This document shows, in pieces, positions 19,696 through 29,685 of a stretch of DNA of 64,000 nucleotides (positions are counted from its first letter, which is position 1; each line of letters starts with the position of its first letter). A model generated the notes under the pieces. It did not search any database, was not told the DNA's origin, and saw only the letters and a program-made list of their open reading frames with translations. A program made the translations under genes and the position numbers. The DNA comes from Phycisphaera sp. TMED24 (GTDB lineage: Bacteria > Planctomycetota > Phycisphaerae > Phycisphaerales > SM1A02). The stretch is taken from the NCBI GenBank assembly GCA_002168105.2, contig NHCD02000037.1, forward strand, positions 35,105 to 99,104, read 5' to 3'.

Positions 19696-22600
19696 ATGCC
19701 CCCATTCGCTCATCGTCTGCAACATGGTGCTTTGCTCTTGGATGGTGGCTTTGGTTCAGCGATTCAAGACATGGACTTGGACGTTGACCGGGATTACCTC
19801 GGTCAGGAGAACTGCACTGAAGTTCTGGTGCGAAGTCGCCCTGAATTGGTGCAGTCCATTCATGCGTCTTTTCTCGAAAGTGGTGCCGACGCGGTCGAGA
19901 CCAATACATTCGGAGCCAACCGTTTGGTTCTTGCTGAATTTGGACTCGAAGGTGACACCAGAAAACTGAACCAAGAGGCGGCAGAGATCGCCCGCGCCGC
20001 ATGTGTTGCGGCGGGTGGTTCGCGGTATGTCTTGGGGTCCATTGGCCCCGGTACCCGTTTGCTGACTTTGGGCCAGACGGACTGGTCGGCAATGCATGAT
20101 TCCTACAGAATGCAAATTGAAGGTCTTCTGGATGGTGGAGTCGATGCACTCTTGGTCGAAACCTGTCAAGACCCCTTGCAGATTCGTTGCGCTGTGCACG
20201 CCGCCTTGCATGCACTTGAAGCGCGGGGCATGGGGCCAGAGCAGCTGCCCATCATGGTCTCGGTGACGGTTGAGACCACCGGAACGTTGCTTGTGGGTTC
20301 TGAAATAGCAGCCGTGGCGGCCACCCTGCGGCGTTTGCCGGTGGCGAGTTTGGGCTTGAACTGCGCAACTGGTCCCGCTGAGATGACGCCGCATGTGGAA
20401 TGGCTGGCCAAACATTGGGATCGCCCCATCTCGGTTGTTCCCAATGCTGGGCTGCCCATCTTGGTTGATGGTCGGACCGAATACCCATTGCAGGCGGGGC
20501 CCATGGCACAACGGATGTCTGGTTTCGTTGGTGATCTGGGTGTCAGCATGGTTGGCGGTTGCTGTGGCACCACTACCGAGCACATCTCAGCTCTTCGTGG
20601 CATGTTGGAGCTCTCGGCTCCTGTTTCACGCAGCCAGGTCTCTTTCGCCCCATCGACCAGTTCGGTGTTCGGCGCTGTAGAGCATCGCCAACAGAATTCA
20701 GTTCAAATTGTCGGTGAGCGTACCAATGCTTCAGGGTCTCGGGCCTTCAAACGCTTGTTGGAGGCTGAAGACTGGGATGCTATTGTCGAGTTGGCATCCG
20801 AGCAGGCTACCGATGGCAGCCATGTTCTTGATGTCAATGTCGATTACGCGGGGCGGGACAATGAACAGGACATGCGGGAAGTGATTTCTCGTATTGCCAA
20901 AGGGGTTGACATCCCTTTGATGATCGACTCAACGCAAATCAAGACCATTCGCGCGGGTTTGGAATCTTGTGGGGGCCGCGCTATTGTCAACAGTGCCAAC
21001 CTCGAAGAGGGAGAGCCCAAATTTGATGAGTTGTGCCAACTGGCCCGAGAGCATGGCGCGGCCATTGTTTTGGGTTGCATTGATGATGATCCCGAAGAGG
21101 CCATGGCGCGCACGGCGGATCGAAAATTGGAAATCGCTTCACGGATGTATGAGCGAGCAACAAATGTCCATGGATTTCATGCCGAGGACTTGTTCTTCGA
21201 CCCTTTGGTGCTTCCTATCTCAACCGGGATGGCCCAGGACCGGCGATCGGGTTTAGAAACCATCGAAGGTGTGAGGCAAATTGCCAAAGCATTCCCCGAG
21301 GTGCAGATCACGTGCGGACTGTCGAACGTCTCCTTTGGACTGAAGCCGGCTGCTCGTATGGTGCTCAACAGTGTCTTCCTGCATGAATTGCAATTGGCGG
21401 GTCTGACCAGTGCCATCATGCATGCGTCAAAGATTTTGCCACGCACCAGAATCGAAGATCAGCACTGGGATATGGCCCTTGATCTGATTTATGACCGGGC
21501 GCCTGCGAGCCCCGTGATGTTGTCGGATGGAACCGACACTGACGACCCTTTGGCTATTTTCTCCGATGCCTTTGCCGGTCAGACCATTGGGGCCGAAATC
21601 GAAGTTGAAACCGATCTTCCATTGGAGGACCGTCTCCGAAAGCAGCTCATCGACGGACGCAAAGGAGGACTGGAGTGCTTGATTGACGAAGCACTCGACT
21701 CCATCCCTCCCCTTGACCTCATCAATTTGCACTTGCTGGATGCCATGCGCGAAGTCGGTGAATTGTTCGGATCCGGCAAAATGCAACTGCCGTTTGTTCT
21801 GAAGAGTGCCGAAGTGATGAAGGCAGCGGTTACCCGAATCGAGCCCCATCTCGATCGAGTGGGAGGGAGCTCAAAGGGCATCATTGTGTTGGCCACCGTG
21901 AAGGGTGATGTCCACGACATTGGCAAAAACTTGGTCGACATCATTTTGACCAACAATGGGTACACGGTTCACAACATTGGCATCAAGCAGACCGCGGAGT
22001 CGATTATGGCCGCCGTTTCGGAGCACCAACCGGATGCGATTGGCCTGTCGGGACTCTTGGTCAAAAGTGTGATGGTTATGGAGTCTGATCTTGAGACTTT
22101 CAACGCCAACGATGTCGCCCTCCCCGTTTTGCTGGGTGGGGCAGCCCTTTCACGCCGTCACTGCGAAGGTCATCTGCGTCCCCTCTATCTGGGCGAATGC
22201 TTGTACGCACAGGATGCTTTCGACGGTCTCCGTTTGATGGATCTGATTGTTCGAGATGAAGTGCAGCAGGAACGGGACGCCATTTCTTCTCGAACCAACA
22301 AACGCGAGCAGGCAGTGGCCAAAGCGAAAGCCGCTCAAGTCACACGTGCTAAAAGTCCGGCGGCGGTCGCGGCCAAAATTCAGCCGGTCACCGCACCGGC
22401 CGCGCCATTCTTGGGGACGCGAGTGGTCCAAGATCTCGATTGCCGTTCCATTTGGCCTTATCTCAACCGGAAGGCTCTGACCCGGGGGCAATGGCAGATG
22501 AAGCGGGGGAGCCGCAGCGAAGCCGAACACCACGCTTGGCTTGCTGAACACGCTGACCCTGTCCTTGATCGACTCTCATTGCAATGCTTGCAGGAGAAGA

Positions 22601-23169
22601 TTTTGCAACCCAAGGTCGTGTACGGCTGGTTCCGTTGTCGGGGCGATGGGAATGACTTGGTCGTCCTAGAAGAAGATGGCCGCACCGAGATGGAACGTTT
22701 TTCTTTTCCAAGACAGGCCGAACGACGTCGTCTGTGCATCAGTGATTTCTTTGGTGACGATGACGTGATTGGCATGTCATGCGTGACCGTCGGAGAAGAG
22801 GCCACTGCCCGATGCAAGGCATTGTTTGAATCGGGAGATTTCTCTGAGTACTTGTACTTGCATGGCTTTGCGGTCGAAACCGCGGAGGCTTTGGCGGAGT
22901 TGTGGCATAAGCGGATGCGGGCGGAGCTTGGGATCGATGCCGATGACGCGGTGACGCCCGAAGAACTCTTCCGGCAGCAATACCGCGGCAGTCGATATTC
23001 CTTTGGCTATCCAGCATGTCCAGACATGGCTGACCAGACGAAGTTGTTTCGGCTCCTTCAGCCTGAACGTATTGGCTGCCACTTGACTGAGAACCATCAA
23101 ATCGACCCTGAGCAATCGACCAGTGCGATTGTCGTCCACCATCCTGAAGCCAAATATTTCGCTCTTTGA
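19696..23169 (+). CDS. metH: Cobalamin-dependent methionine synthase
   Basis: LLDGGFGS, GADAVETNTF, GLNCATGP, GGCCGTT, VGERTNASGS, B12 motif ATVKGDVHDIGKNLV, RYSFGYPACPD, PEQSTSA. Confidence 0.97.
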   Translation: MPPFAHRLQHGALLLDGGFGSAIQDMDLDVDRDYLGQENCTEVLVRSRPELVQSIHASFLESGADAVETNTFGANRLVLAEFGLEGDTRKLNQEAAEIARAACVAAGGSRYVLGSIGPGTRLLTLGQTDWSAMHDSYRMQIEGLLDGGVDALLVETCQDPLQIRCAVHAALHALEARGMGPEQLPIMVSVTVETTGTLLVGSEIAAVAATLRRLPVASLGLNCATGPAEMTPHVEWLAKHWDRPISVVPNAGLPILVDGRTEYPLQAGPMAQRMSGFVGDLGVSMVGGCCGTTTEHISALRGMLELSAPVSRSQVSFAPSTSSVFGAVEHRQQNSVQIVGERTNASGSRAFKRLLEAEDWDAIVELASEQATDGSHVLDVNVDYAGRDNEQDMREVISRIAKGVDIPLMIDSTQIKTIRAGLESCGGRAIVNSANLEEGEPKFDELCQLAREHGAAIVLGCIDDDPEEAMARTADRKLEIASRMYERATNVHGFHAEDLFFDPLVLPISTGMAQDRRSGLETIEGVRQIAKAFPEVQITCGLSNVSFGLKPAARMVLNSVFLHELQLAGLTSAIMHASKILPRTRIEDQHWDMALDLIYDRAPASPVMLSDGTDTDDPLAIFSDAFAGQTIGAEIEVETDLPLEDRLRKQLIDGRKGGLECLIDEALDSIPPLDLINLHLLDAMREVGELFGSGKMQLPFVLKSAEVMKAAVTRIEPHLDRVGGSSKGIIVLATVKGDVHDIGKNLVDIILTNNGYTVHNIGIKQTAESIMAAVSEHQPDAIGLSGLLVKSVMVMESDLETFNANDVALPVLLGGAALSRRHCEGHLRPLYLGECLYAQDAFDGLRLMDLIVRDEVQQERDAISSRTNKREQAVAKAKAAQVTRAKSPAAVAAKIQPVTAPAAPFLGTRVVQDLDCRSIWPYLNRKALTRGQWQMKRGSRSEAEHHAWLAEHADPVLDRLSLQCLQEKILQPKVVYGWFRCRGDGNDLVVLEEDGRTEMERFSFPRQAERRRLCISDFFGDDDVIGMSCVTVGEEATARCKALFESGDFSEYLYLHGFAVETAEALAELWHKRMRAELGIDADDAVTPEELFRQQYRGSRYSFGYPACPDMADQTKLFRLLQPERIGCHLTENHQIDPEQSTSAIVVHHPEAKYFAL

Positions 23170-23196
23170 GCTTTCTTTAGAGCTGTCTCGCCGACC

Positions 23197-26142
23197 TCAG
23201 CAGCTGTGGTCGGCGCCCATCGCGCTGGCCAATCCCGCTTTCCGGAGCAGGTCGGCAATCCGATCTCGATCTGGGAGGTCACTTTCCTCGATGGTTCGGG
23301 CGAGCTTTCTTGTCTCATCGTCAATCGCGAGGAATTCGATGGCAAACGCTGGCAAGTGCTCGGCGGGGAGACTTTCTACCGCATCAGTGCCTTCCCGGTA
23401 CACGATGCGCGCGGCAAGGGCTTTGGCTTTCAACCATCGCAAGTATGCGGCCGGCAGATCGTCCCAGAGTTTCTCGCCCGCGAGTTCCTGAATTACTTCT
23501 GGAATGTGGTCGGTGACCAGGCGTCGGACTGCCTCTGGTGCTGATTGCTCAATTTGATCCAAGCCAATTTCGATAGCATCGGCTACCCGCATCATGACCC
23601 GGCTCATGTGAATTGAGATGTCAGGCAGCGTCCAGTCTGGGTGATGCTTATGCAGTCGGTGCAGCAGCTGGACTTCGGACCGCGCAAATTGGTGCAGCCG
23701 TGGGATGACTTCACCAACAAAGCGATTTTTGATCGGCATGAAGTCCTGTTCGGAGACAAGCATGTTGGAGCAAATCTCGTAGGAACTTGTGATCACCCCA
23801 CATTTGTTGGCACTGGAATCCTTGAGGATCAACACCCCTTTTTTGCTCAGATTTTCTCGAGCCTCGGGGGTCAAAAAGAGGTTGGCGCCTTCGACGATCA
23901 ATCGGCTGCTGGGTGTTCCGGTTGGGGTGAGGAAGTCGTCCCAGTTGCTTTCGTTCATGGCCGCAGGTCGCCCCCCGCAAGGGACAAATGCGTCGGCCAC
24001 CAGCCGGTTGTGGAGCGTGTTTCGAAGAACTGGCCCGTCGGGCTCATCGAGGGTCACGATCCGACCTTCGTTGGACAACTTGCTTTGGTCGAATTGGGCG
24101 ATCGGCAATTCGGCTTCAAAGAGGCGAAGAAGTTCGTTTACATTCAGCCCTTGGGGATCTTCACCACAACCCGATCCGTCGGCAATGCCAATGATCTTGA
24201 TTCGGTCGCCGTATGTGTCTTTGGCGATCCGAATGAAATTGCCTCCGACATCTCCATCCGGGCCTCCGGTCATCTTCACCGTGAAGCTGTCAACATCGGG
24301 GTCGATGCCAATCGCGGGCAAAGAACCGTGCAGGAAGACGTTCACACCTTCTGAAGTCACCCCGTAATCCTTGTGGTTGATACCAGCGCCAGGCTTCGAA
24401 GAGATGAAGGCAGACGCCAGTGGGTAACCCCGTCGCACCGCACGCTTGGCCATCCACACAATGTGTTCCGGAAGGATGTTCTCATCTGGTCCGAGGTACA
24501 GGAGTTCGTCGTGTCCAAGGTGGTCGACGATGCGTTCTTTGGTGTGCGGCTCGGGGGTGATGAGGTCGAGCAGAGAATCCGCAAATGCTTTGACCACCCG
24601 GTTGTGGCGAGCGTACGGGTCCGCCAAAACTGCGGCTTTTGCCCCACCTTCTGGAATATCTTTGTTCTTCAATTGTTGGGCGAACGCCAGATTGAACGCC
24701 TCGTCGTACAAACGTTCGCTTTCCCGGGCATGAACTTCTTCGGTCCGCGTTCGGATGATTCGCAATCCTCCGCGGGCGATGTCGCGGAAGCGAACGTGGA
24801 AGCCGGCAAAGTTTCTTCCCCGGACAAAGAAAACGCCGAAGGGCACCGCGGGCCGGTCTTCGTGGTGCAAGTAGGCCGGGTCAATCCGGAAGGCCAGCCC
24901 ATACCTTTCGTCAAGGAAGACGTTCGTGCGACGAACAGCCAATACGGCGTCCAGCATGGCTTGGATGGCGATTCGTGTGTCTTGGAAATCGACCCGATCC
25001 ACCACCTCACGCACATCGGCCAGTCGCATTGTGAAATCGGGCTCAGGGAGTGGGTTGTCAGGATCAAAGCGGGCGAGCAACAGATCGGCGATCTTTTGAC
25101 AGAGCTCGATGTTCTCGCTGGTCCATCTTCGCAAACGAACTCGGCTGTACGCCCAGCGGTTGACCTTGACCAATTTTTGGTGGGCCAATTCGATGACCGC
25201 ATCCAGCACTTCCGCGTGCCGTTGCCCAAGTCCTGCGTGGGTGTACGACAACTTGAGCGCGGCAGTGTCGACCCATTTGTTGCGTTGGAGGTCACGGCGA
25301 ATGACCCGCCAGAGCGCGCTGTCTTCCACGAGGAGACCTTGTTCACGCTGAACGACGAACCCAAGAAGGGTGATCTGTCCGTTGTCACCATCGTCGATGC
25401 TGTCGAGATACGCTCGGAAAATATCGATGCCATCCATGGCCAACCGTTCGGCCACCCGCTCCAGCATCCTCCGGGTGGAGGCGTTCATCACTGCCACCAC
25501 AATTCGGCTGTAGCGCTCGTCTTTTTCTTGCTCAAGCCGGACAATGGTGCCTTCGGTCCCTGACAACTCACGGTAGATTTTCAGGTGTTGACAGAACCGA
25601 AGAGGACTGACCGAAAAGATGTAGTCGGCGGTGCAGCGTTGGATGAAATCACGCACTTCATCTTCGGTGATTTCAGGATGGTTTTCTGCGGCAAAGGCAA
25701 CCGCCCGTTCCATGCATCCAGTCTGCTCGGGATCGCTGAGATCGAATCGCCGCTTTTTCCCGAATTCAAAAGTGTCGATGGCCAGAGAAGAGTCGGTGGC
25801 GGAATGGATTTTTGCGGAGATCAAAGGGCGATCGTGTGGGAGTTGTCCCACCACTTCGGCCAAGAGTCCGGGATGGTCATTGGGCCTGATGAACGTGATC
25901 CGGTTTTCACCGTCACGGAGGTCCAACGAAGGCAGTCGCCCCGAAGCACGGGCTGCGAGGATCGCCCGCAAGTGGGTGAGGCGCTCCTCGTGCGGTGTGT
26001 CCTGAAAATAGGACAATGGCATGATGTCGAGAAATCGTGGGCCAATGTCCTCGGCAGCTGTGGCTAAGGATTCACGAAGGTCAACAAGCAGCCGCTGGGC
26101 TTCATCAGCAGCGAGCGATTGATTGGGGTCGGTTTGCGACAT
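23197..26142 (-). CDS. Large NAD-specific glutamate dehydrogenase (GDH2-type, ~980 aa)
   Basis: GFHVRFRDIARGGLR, AQQLKNKDIPEGGAK, LYLGPDEN, SSKPGAGINHKDYGVTSEGV, TGGPDGDVGGN, FVPCGGRP, VEGANLF, KDSSANKCGV. Start uncertain (26142 or 26172). Confidence 0.92.
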   Translation of the reverse strand: MSQTDPNQSLAADEAQRLLVDLRESLATAAEDIGPRFLDIMPLSYFQDTPHEERLTHLRAILAARASGRLPSLDLRDGENRITFIRPNDHPGLLAEVVGQLPHDRPLISAKIHSATDSSLAIDTFEFGKKRRFDLSDPEQTGCMERAVAFAAENHPEITEDEVRDFIQRCTADYIFSVSPLRFCQHLKIYRELSGTEGTIVRLEQEKDERYSRIVVAVMNASTRRMLERVAERLAMDGIDIFRAYLDSIDDGDNGQITLLGFVVQREQGLLVEDSALWRVIRRDLQRNKWVDTAALKLSYTHAGLGQRHAEVLDAVIELAHQKLVKVNRWAYSRVRLRRWTSENIELCQKIADLLLARFDPDNPLPEPDFTMRLADVREVVDRVDFQDTRIAIQAMLDAVLAVRRTNVFLDERYGLAFRIDPAYLHHEDRPAVPFGVFFVRGRNFAGFHVRFRDIARGGLRIIRTRTEEVHARESERLYDEAFNLAFAQQLKNKDIPEGGAKAAVLADPYARHNRVVKAFADSLLDLITPEPHTKERIVDHLGHDELLYLGPDENILPEHIVWMAKRAVRRGYPLASAFISSKPGAGINHKDYGVTSEGVNVFLHGSLPAIGIDPDVDSFTVKMTGGPDGDVGGNFIRIAKDTYGDRIKIIGIADGSGCGEDPQGLNVNELLRLFEAELPIAQFDQSKLSNEGRIVTLDEPDGPVLRNTLHNRLVADAFVPCGGRPAAMNESNWDDFLTPTGTPSSRLIVEGANLFLTPEARENLSKKGVLILKDSSANKCGVITSSYEICSNMLVSEQDFMPIKNRFVGEVIPRLHQFARSEVQLLHRLHKHHPDWTLPDISIHMSRVMMRVADAIEIGLDQIEQSAPEAVRRLVTDHIPEVIQELAGEKLWDDLPAAYLRWLKAKALAARIVYREGTDAVESLPAEHLPAFAIEFLAIDDETRKLARTIEESDLPDRDRIADLLRKAGLASAMGADHSC

Positions 26143-26187
26143 CTTTGGGGCACCTCTCGACTCTGGAGACATTCTATTGTGACGGAA

Positions 26188-27072
26188 ATGAATTCGCAGC
26201 GTGCAATGGTGATTGGGGTACTGGATGGGGTCCATTTGGGCCACCAAGCCCTTTTGGCGCGAGCAGCTCAGGATGGAGCGAAGGTTCTGGCGTCGGCGTT
26301 TTACCCGCATCCCAAATCCGTCTTGGGCCACACCACGCCCCTTCCCCTGACCACGTGGCGGACCCGTTCGCGAGAACTCCGAAAGCAGGGGGCTCGGGTG
26401 ATCCGCTTGGACCCACGTTCTGGCCTTTTGGAGACCCCAGCGTTTGATTTCATCCGTGATCTCCACCAACGCCATCGATTCAGCCGTTTGGTGGTGGGAG
26501 AGGATTTTCGGTTTGGGCACCGTCGCTCGGGTACTGCGACCCTGTTGCAGGATTTGGGGCCTCAGTTGGGCTTTGAGGTGCACGTGCTCGAGGATGTGCA
26601 AGTCCAAGGGGAGCGGGTTTCCAGTTCTCGCATCAGGACGGCTTTGGCTGATGCTGATCTGGATCTTGCCAACGCACTCTTGGGCCGTCCTTATGAGATT
26701 TTGGGGCGGGTTCGAGCCGGGCAGCAGCGCGGTCGCATCCTGGGCACACCAACCGCAAACCTTCATCCCCAGACCATCCTGCCCGCCGACGGTGTCTACG
26801 TCACATCATCCCGTCTTCCCGGGGGGCGGTCCGTGCCTTCGGTTAGCTTTGTTGGCACCAACCCAACTTTTGGTCAGGAAGCGAGGAAGTGCGAGACCCA
26901 CGTGCTTTCAGATCCCAAAGAGGCTGTACCGGAAGGTGCGGGGTGGCCGCTGCAGGTGGCTTTTCAATCTCGTGTTCGAGGGGCGGTACGATTCGAATCC
27001 CCAGAAGCCCTCCAGCAACAAATCCACCATGATTTGGAAGTCGCACGGCAACACCATGCCGATCGTCGGTAA
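26188..27072 (+). CDS. ribF: Bifunctional riboflavin kinase / FAD synthetase
   Basis: IGVLDGVHLGHQ, FYPHP, VVGEDFRFG, VSSSRIR, LLGRPY, GRILGTPTAN, GTNPTF, ETHV. Confidence 0.95.
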   Translation: MNSQRAMVIGVLDGVHLGHQALLARAAQDGAKVLASAFYPHPKSVLGHTTPLPLTTWRTRSRELRKQGARVIRLDPRSGLLETPAFDFIRDLHQRHRFSRLVVGEDFRFGHRRSGTATLLQDLGPQLGFEVHVLEDVQVQGERVSSSRIRTALADADLDLANALLGRPYEILGRVRAGQQRGRILGTPTANLHPQTILPADGVYVTSSRLPGGRSVPSVSFVGTNPTFGQEARKCETHVLSDPKEAVPEGAGWPLQVAFQSRVRGAVRFESPEALQQQIHHDLEVARQHHADRR

Positions 27073-27090
27073 TTCACGAAGAGATCACGC

Positions 27091-28089
27091 ATGACCCAGC
27101 ACCAAAAAACCATGAATTTGTCCCAAACCATTGCTTGGTTGCGTGAGCATCAAGACGTGTTGGTGTTGACCCATGCCCGACCCGACGGAGACGCATGGGG
27201 ATCGGCGGTTGCGATTCGTCGCTTGATGGAACGGCTTGGTGGTTCTGCCCGCATTCGTTTGACGGGCTGGCTTGATCCCATGATGCGGGAGTTGTTTCCG
27301 GATGAGCCGGTGACTTTTGACGACCCAAATCCGCCCGAAGCCCAGGCGGTGGTGGTCGTGGATACTTCCGCCGAATCACAGCTTGATCGAGATGCCGGCT
27401 TTTGCCGATCGATGGAGGATCGTCTCTTGGTGATCGATCACCATGCCAAGGGGGACCAATGGGCGCAAAGTTGTGTCGATGCCACCCTCCCCTCCACCAC
27501 CGCGTTGTTGGCGAAGTTGATCATCGAGGCAGGTCTATCGCTCGATCAAGATTTGGCGGAACCGCTGCTGCTTGGTTTGGCCACCGACACGGGGTGGTTC
27601 CGGCACGCCAATGCCGATGCCGGGGCTTTTGCGTTGGCAGGCCGATTGATCGAAGCGGGCGCTCGAAGAGATCGGTTGTACCAGGCCACCGAAGGCGCCC
27701 AACATCCGGCACGATTGTCTTTGATGGGAACCGCCCTTGGGCGACTGGAGTGGCTGGCCGAAGGTCAAATTGCGATCACCGGATTGGCCCATGATGATTT
27801 TGTCTCGGCCGGCGCAGGAGCAGAGGTGTTGGCGGGCGTCGTCAATGAACCACTGTCGGTTCGCGGGTGCGGGGTTTCGCTGCTGTGCACTGAGGTGACC
27901 CCGGGTTTGGTCAAGGTGTCTCTGCGTTCTATCCCGGATGAACACGGCTGTCCGATTCTCGATGTCGCTGAATTTGCCGCACAGTTTGGTGGTGGGGGGC
28001 ACCGCATGGCTGCCGGATGCCGAGTCCCGGGCGATTTGAGCACGGCCATGGCCACAATTCGGGACGCTTTGATGGCCACGATTTCGTGA
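27091..28089 (+). CDS. nrnA: DHH/DHHA1 phosphoesterase (nanoRNase/pAp phosphatase)
   Basis: THARPDGDAWGS, VVDT, IDHH, LATDTGWF, KVSLRS, FGGGGHRMAAG. Confidence 0.92.
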   Translation: MTQHQKTMNLSQTIAWLREHQDVLVLTHARPDGDAWGSAVAIRRLMERLGGSARIRLTGWLDPMMRELFPDEPVTFDDPNPPEAQAVVVVDTSAESQLDRDAGFCRSMEDRLLVIDHHAKGDQWAQSCVDATLPSTTALLAKLIIEAGLSLDQDLAEPLLLGLATDTGWFRHANADAGAFALAGRLIEAGARRDRLYQATEGAQHPARLSLMGTALGRLEWLAEGQIAITGLAHDDFVSAGAGAEVLAGVVNEPLSVRGCGVSLLCTEVTPGLVKVSLRSIPDEHGCPILDVAEFAAQFGGGGHRMAAGCRVPGDLSTAMATIRDALMATIS

Positions 28090-28119
28090 CAGCATGCGTT
28101 CCTGACGTACGATAGAGGC

Positions 28120-29685
28120 GTGATGATGACGCTCAACAATGCGGTGTCTCTGGTTCGCCGGGCCATGTTGTGGCGGTCGCTTCGAAATCAGCTGCTGGTG
28201 GATCTCGGCTGGCTGGGAATGCTCTTTGTTGGGGTTGCCTTGACCGACCGTTTGGCCCCCTTGGTGGAGACGCCTTGGTCGCTCTTGCTGCTGATCGCCT
28301 CCGTGCTCGTTCTGGCCCGGTTGGTCTGGTGTGCCCGACGTATCCAATTGGAGCGGACCTCGGTGTTGTTGTTGGCTGATGAGGCGCTCGGGGCGCCCGA
28401 AACCTTGGTGACGGCGGATGAACTCAGTCGAGAAGCTGCTCCCGAGGATGCAGCGGCGACACATCACGTGTTGGCCGCCGCGGAGGCGTTGTTGGCCGAA
28501 CCCAGTACCCAGGCTCGATTGCGGCGATTGGGTCCAGTCTGGCCTTCGTCCAGTTGGATTCGTTTGGCCACGCCTTTGCTCGCCTGGGGGGTGATGCAAT
28601 TCCCCGCCCGACTTCCAGCGGAACCCGCCGTCTTGGTGGAAGACCAAGCCACCGTCACGCCGGTCAAGGCGGTGGCAGAAGTGGTGGAAGAAGCCATCGA
28701 ATCTGCAGCGGCTTTTGGTGAAGAGGATGCTGCATTGGCCGCCGAACTTGCCGAGTCCTTGGCCGAGGCCGCGAACGCTGAAGATCCCATGCGTCAGGCG
28801 GAAGCCATGGCGGAAGCTCGTCGTCAACTCGATGAACGTCTGGAGTCGCTGCAGGCCGAATCAGATGCTTTGAAGGATCGATTGGCGGAGTTGAATCCCA
28901 AACTCGACCCTGCGTCCAGCCTTCGGGAAGCTTTGCAGGAAGGCAACGAGAGCTTGGCCGAACAAGCGGCGGCCGAGTTGGATGCTCAGCTGGAGCAAGC
29001 CGTGGCCGATGGCGATGAGGCGCAAGCCGAAGCCATCCGCAAGGCTTTGTCCGATCTGGCCTCCGATCTTTCCGATTTGGCCATGACCTCCAAGGAGAAC
29101 GCATCCACAACACCTGAGGCATCGCAGGAGTTGCTGGACATGATGGCGCAAGCTGCGGCTGGAGACCAAAAGGCCCAAGAACGTCTTAAACAGATGGCGG
29201 AACAGCTGAAGCAAGCCTCGGAGAACAAAGAAGGCCAATGTTCGGGGGATGCCACCGCCATGATGAAGCAACTGATGCAGGCCATGCAAGAAGGCCAAGC
29301 CATGCAGTCGGCGTGTGGTTCCATGTCTACCGAAGAAGCAATGGCGGCGTTGAGCGGGATGGCCCAGTGTGAGAGTGGCGCACCAGGCCTTGGGAACAAG
29401 AGCGAAGGAAAAAGCAACGGGGGTCGTCCCGGATCGGCTCAAGAGACAGAGACCGACACCACCTTCGAGCGGCTGGCCGGTGATCTTTCCGAGGGTGAAG
29501 TGTTGCTACGGATGAAAGAGCGCCGAGCCGCTCCAGTGGGTGAAAGCACTTTGGACCCAGTCGAGGCACGGCGGGTTGCTTTGGCGGGCTGGGAAGCGGC
29601 CCTTGAGCAGGAAGTGACCGATCCCCGGCACCGAGAAGCATTGCGTCGCTACCACGAACGCTTGACCAGGAAAAAGTCCGAGTGA
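28120..29685 (+). CDS. Membrane-anchored coiled-coil protein (DUF4175-like type often found in MoxR/VWA loci)
   Basis: Three N-terminal TM segments, ADEALGAPETLVTADE motif, long Glu/Ala/Gln/Met coiled coil, C-terminal EAALEQEVTDPRHREALRRY. Confidence 0.7.
   Translation: MMMTLNNAVSLVRRAMLWRSLRNQLLVDLGWLGMLFVGVALTDRLAPLVETPWSLLLLIASVLVLARLVWCARRIQLERTSVLLLADEALGAPETLVTADELSREAAPEDAAATHHVLAAAEALLAEPSTQARLRRLGPVWPSSSWIRLATPLLAWGVMQFPARLPAEPAVLVEDQATVTPVKAVAEVVEEAIESAAAFGEEDAALAAELAESLAEAANAEDPMRQAEAMAEARRQLDERLESLQAESDALKDRLAELNPKLDPASSLREALQEGNESLAEQAAAELDAQLEQAVADGDEAQAEAIRKALSDLASDLSDLAMTSKENASTTPEASQELLDMMAQAAAGDQKAQERLKQMAEQLKQASENKEGQCSGDATAMMKQLMQAMQEGQAMQSACGSMSTEEAMAALSGMAQCESGAPGLGNKSEGKSNGGRPGSAQETETDTTFERLAGDLSEGEVLLRMKERRAAPVGESTLDPVEARRVALAGWEAALEQEVTDPRHREALRRYHERLTRKKSE

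Noticed and set aside
19411-20215. Long N-terminal extensions and overlap of the metH ORF (from 19411) and the divergent 506-aa ORF (from 20215)
   Set aside because: Longest-ORF artefacts; recognisable protein starts at 19696 and 19591, which removes the overlap. The same applies to gdh (26766), nrdJ (54635), gspG (12607) and the NatB-like gene (17971).
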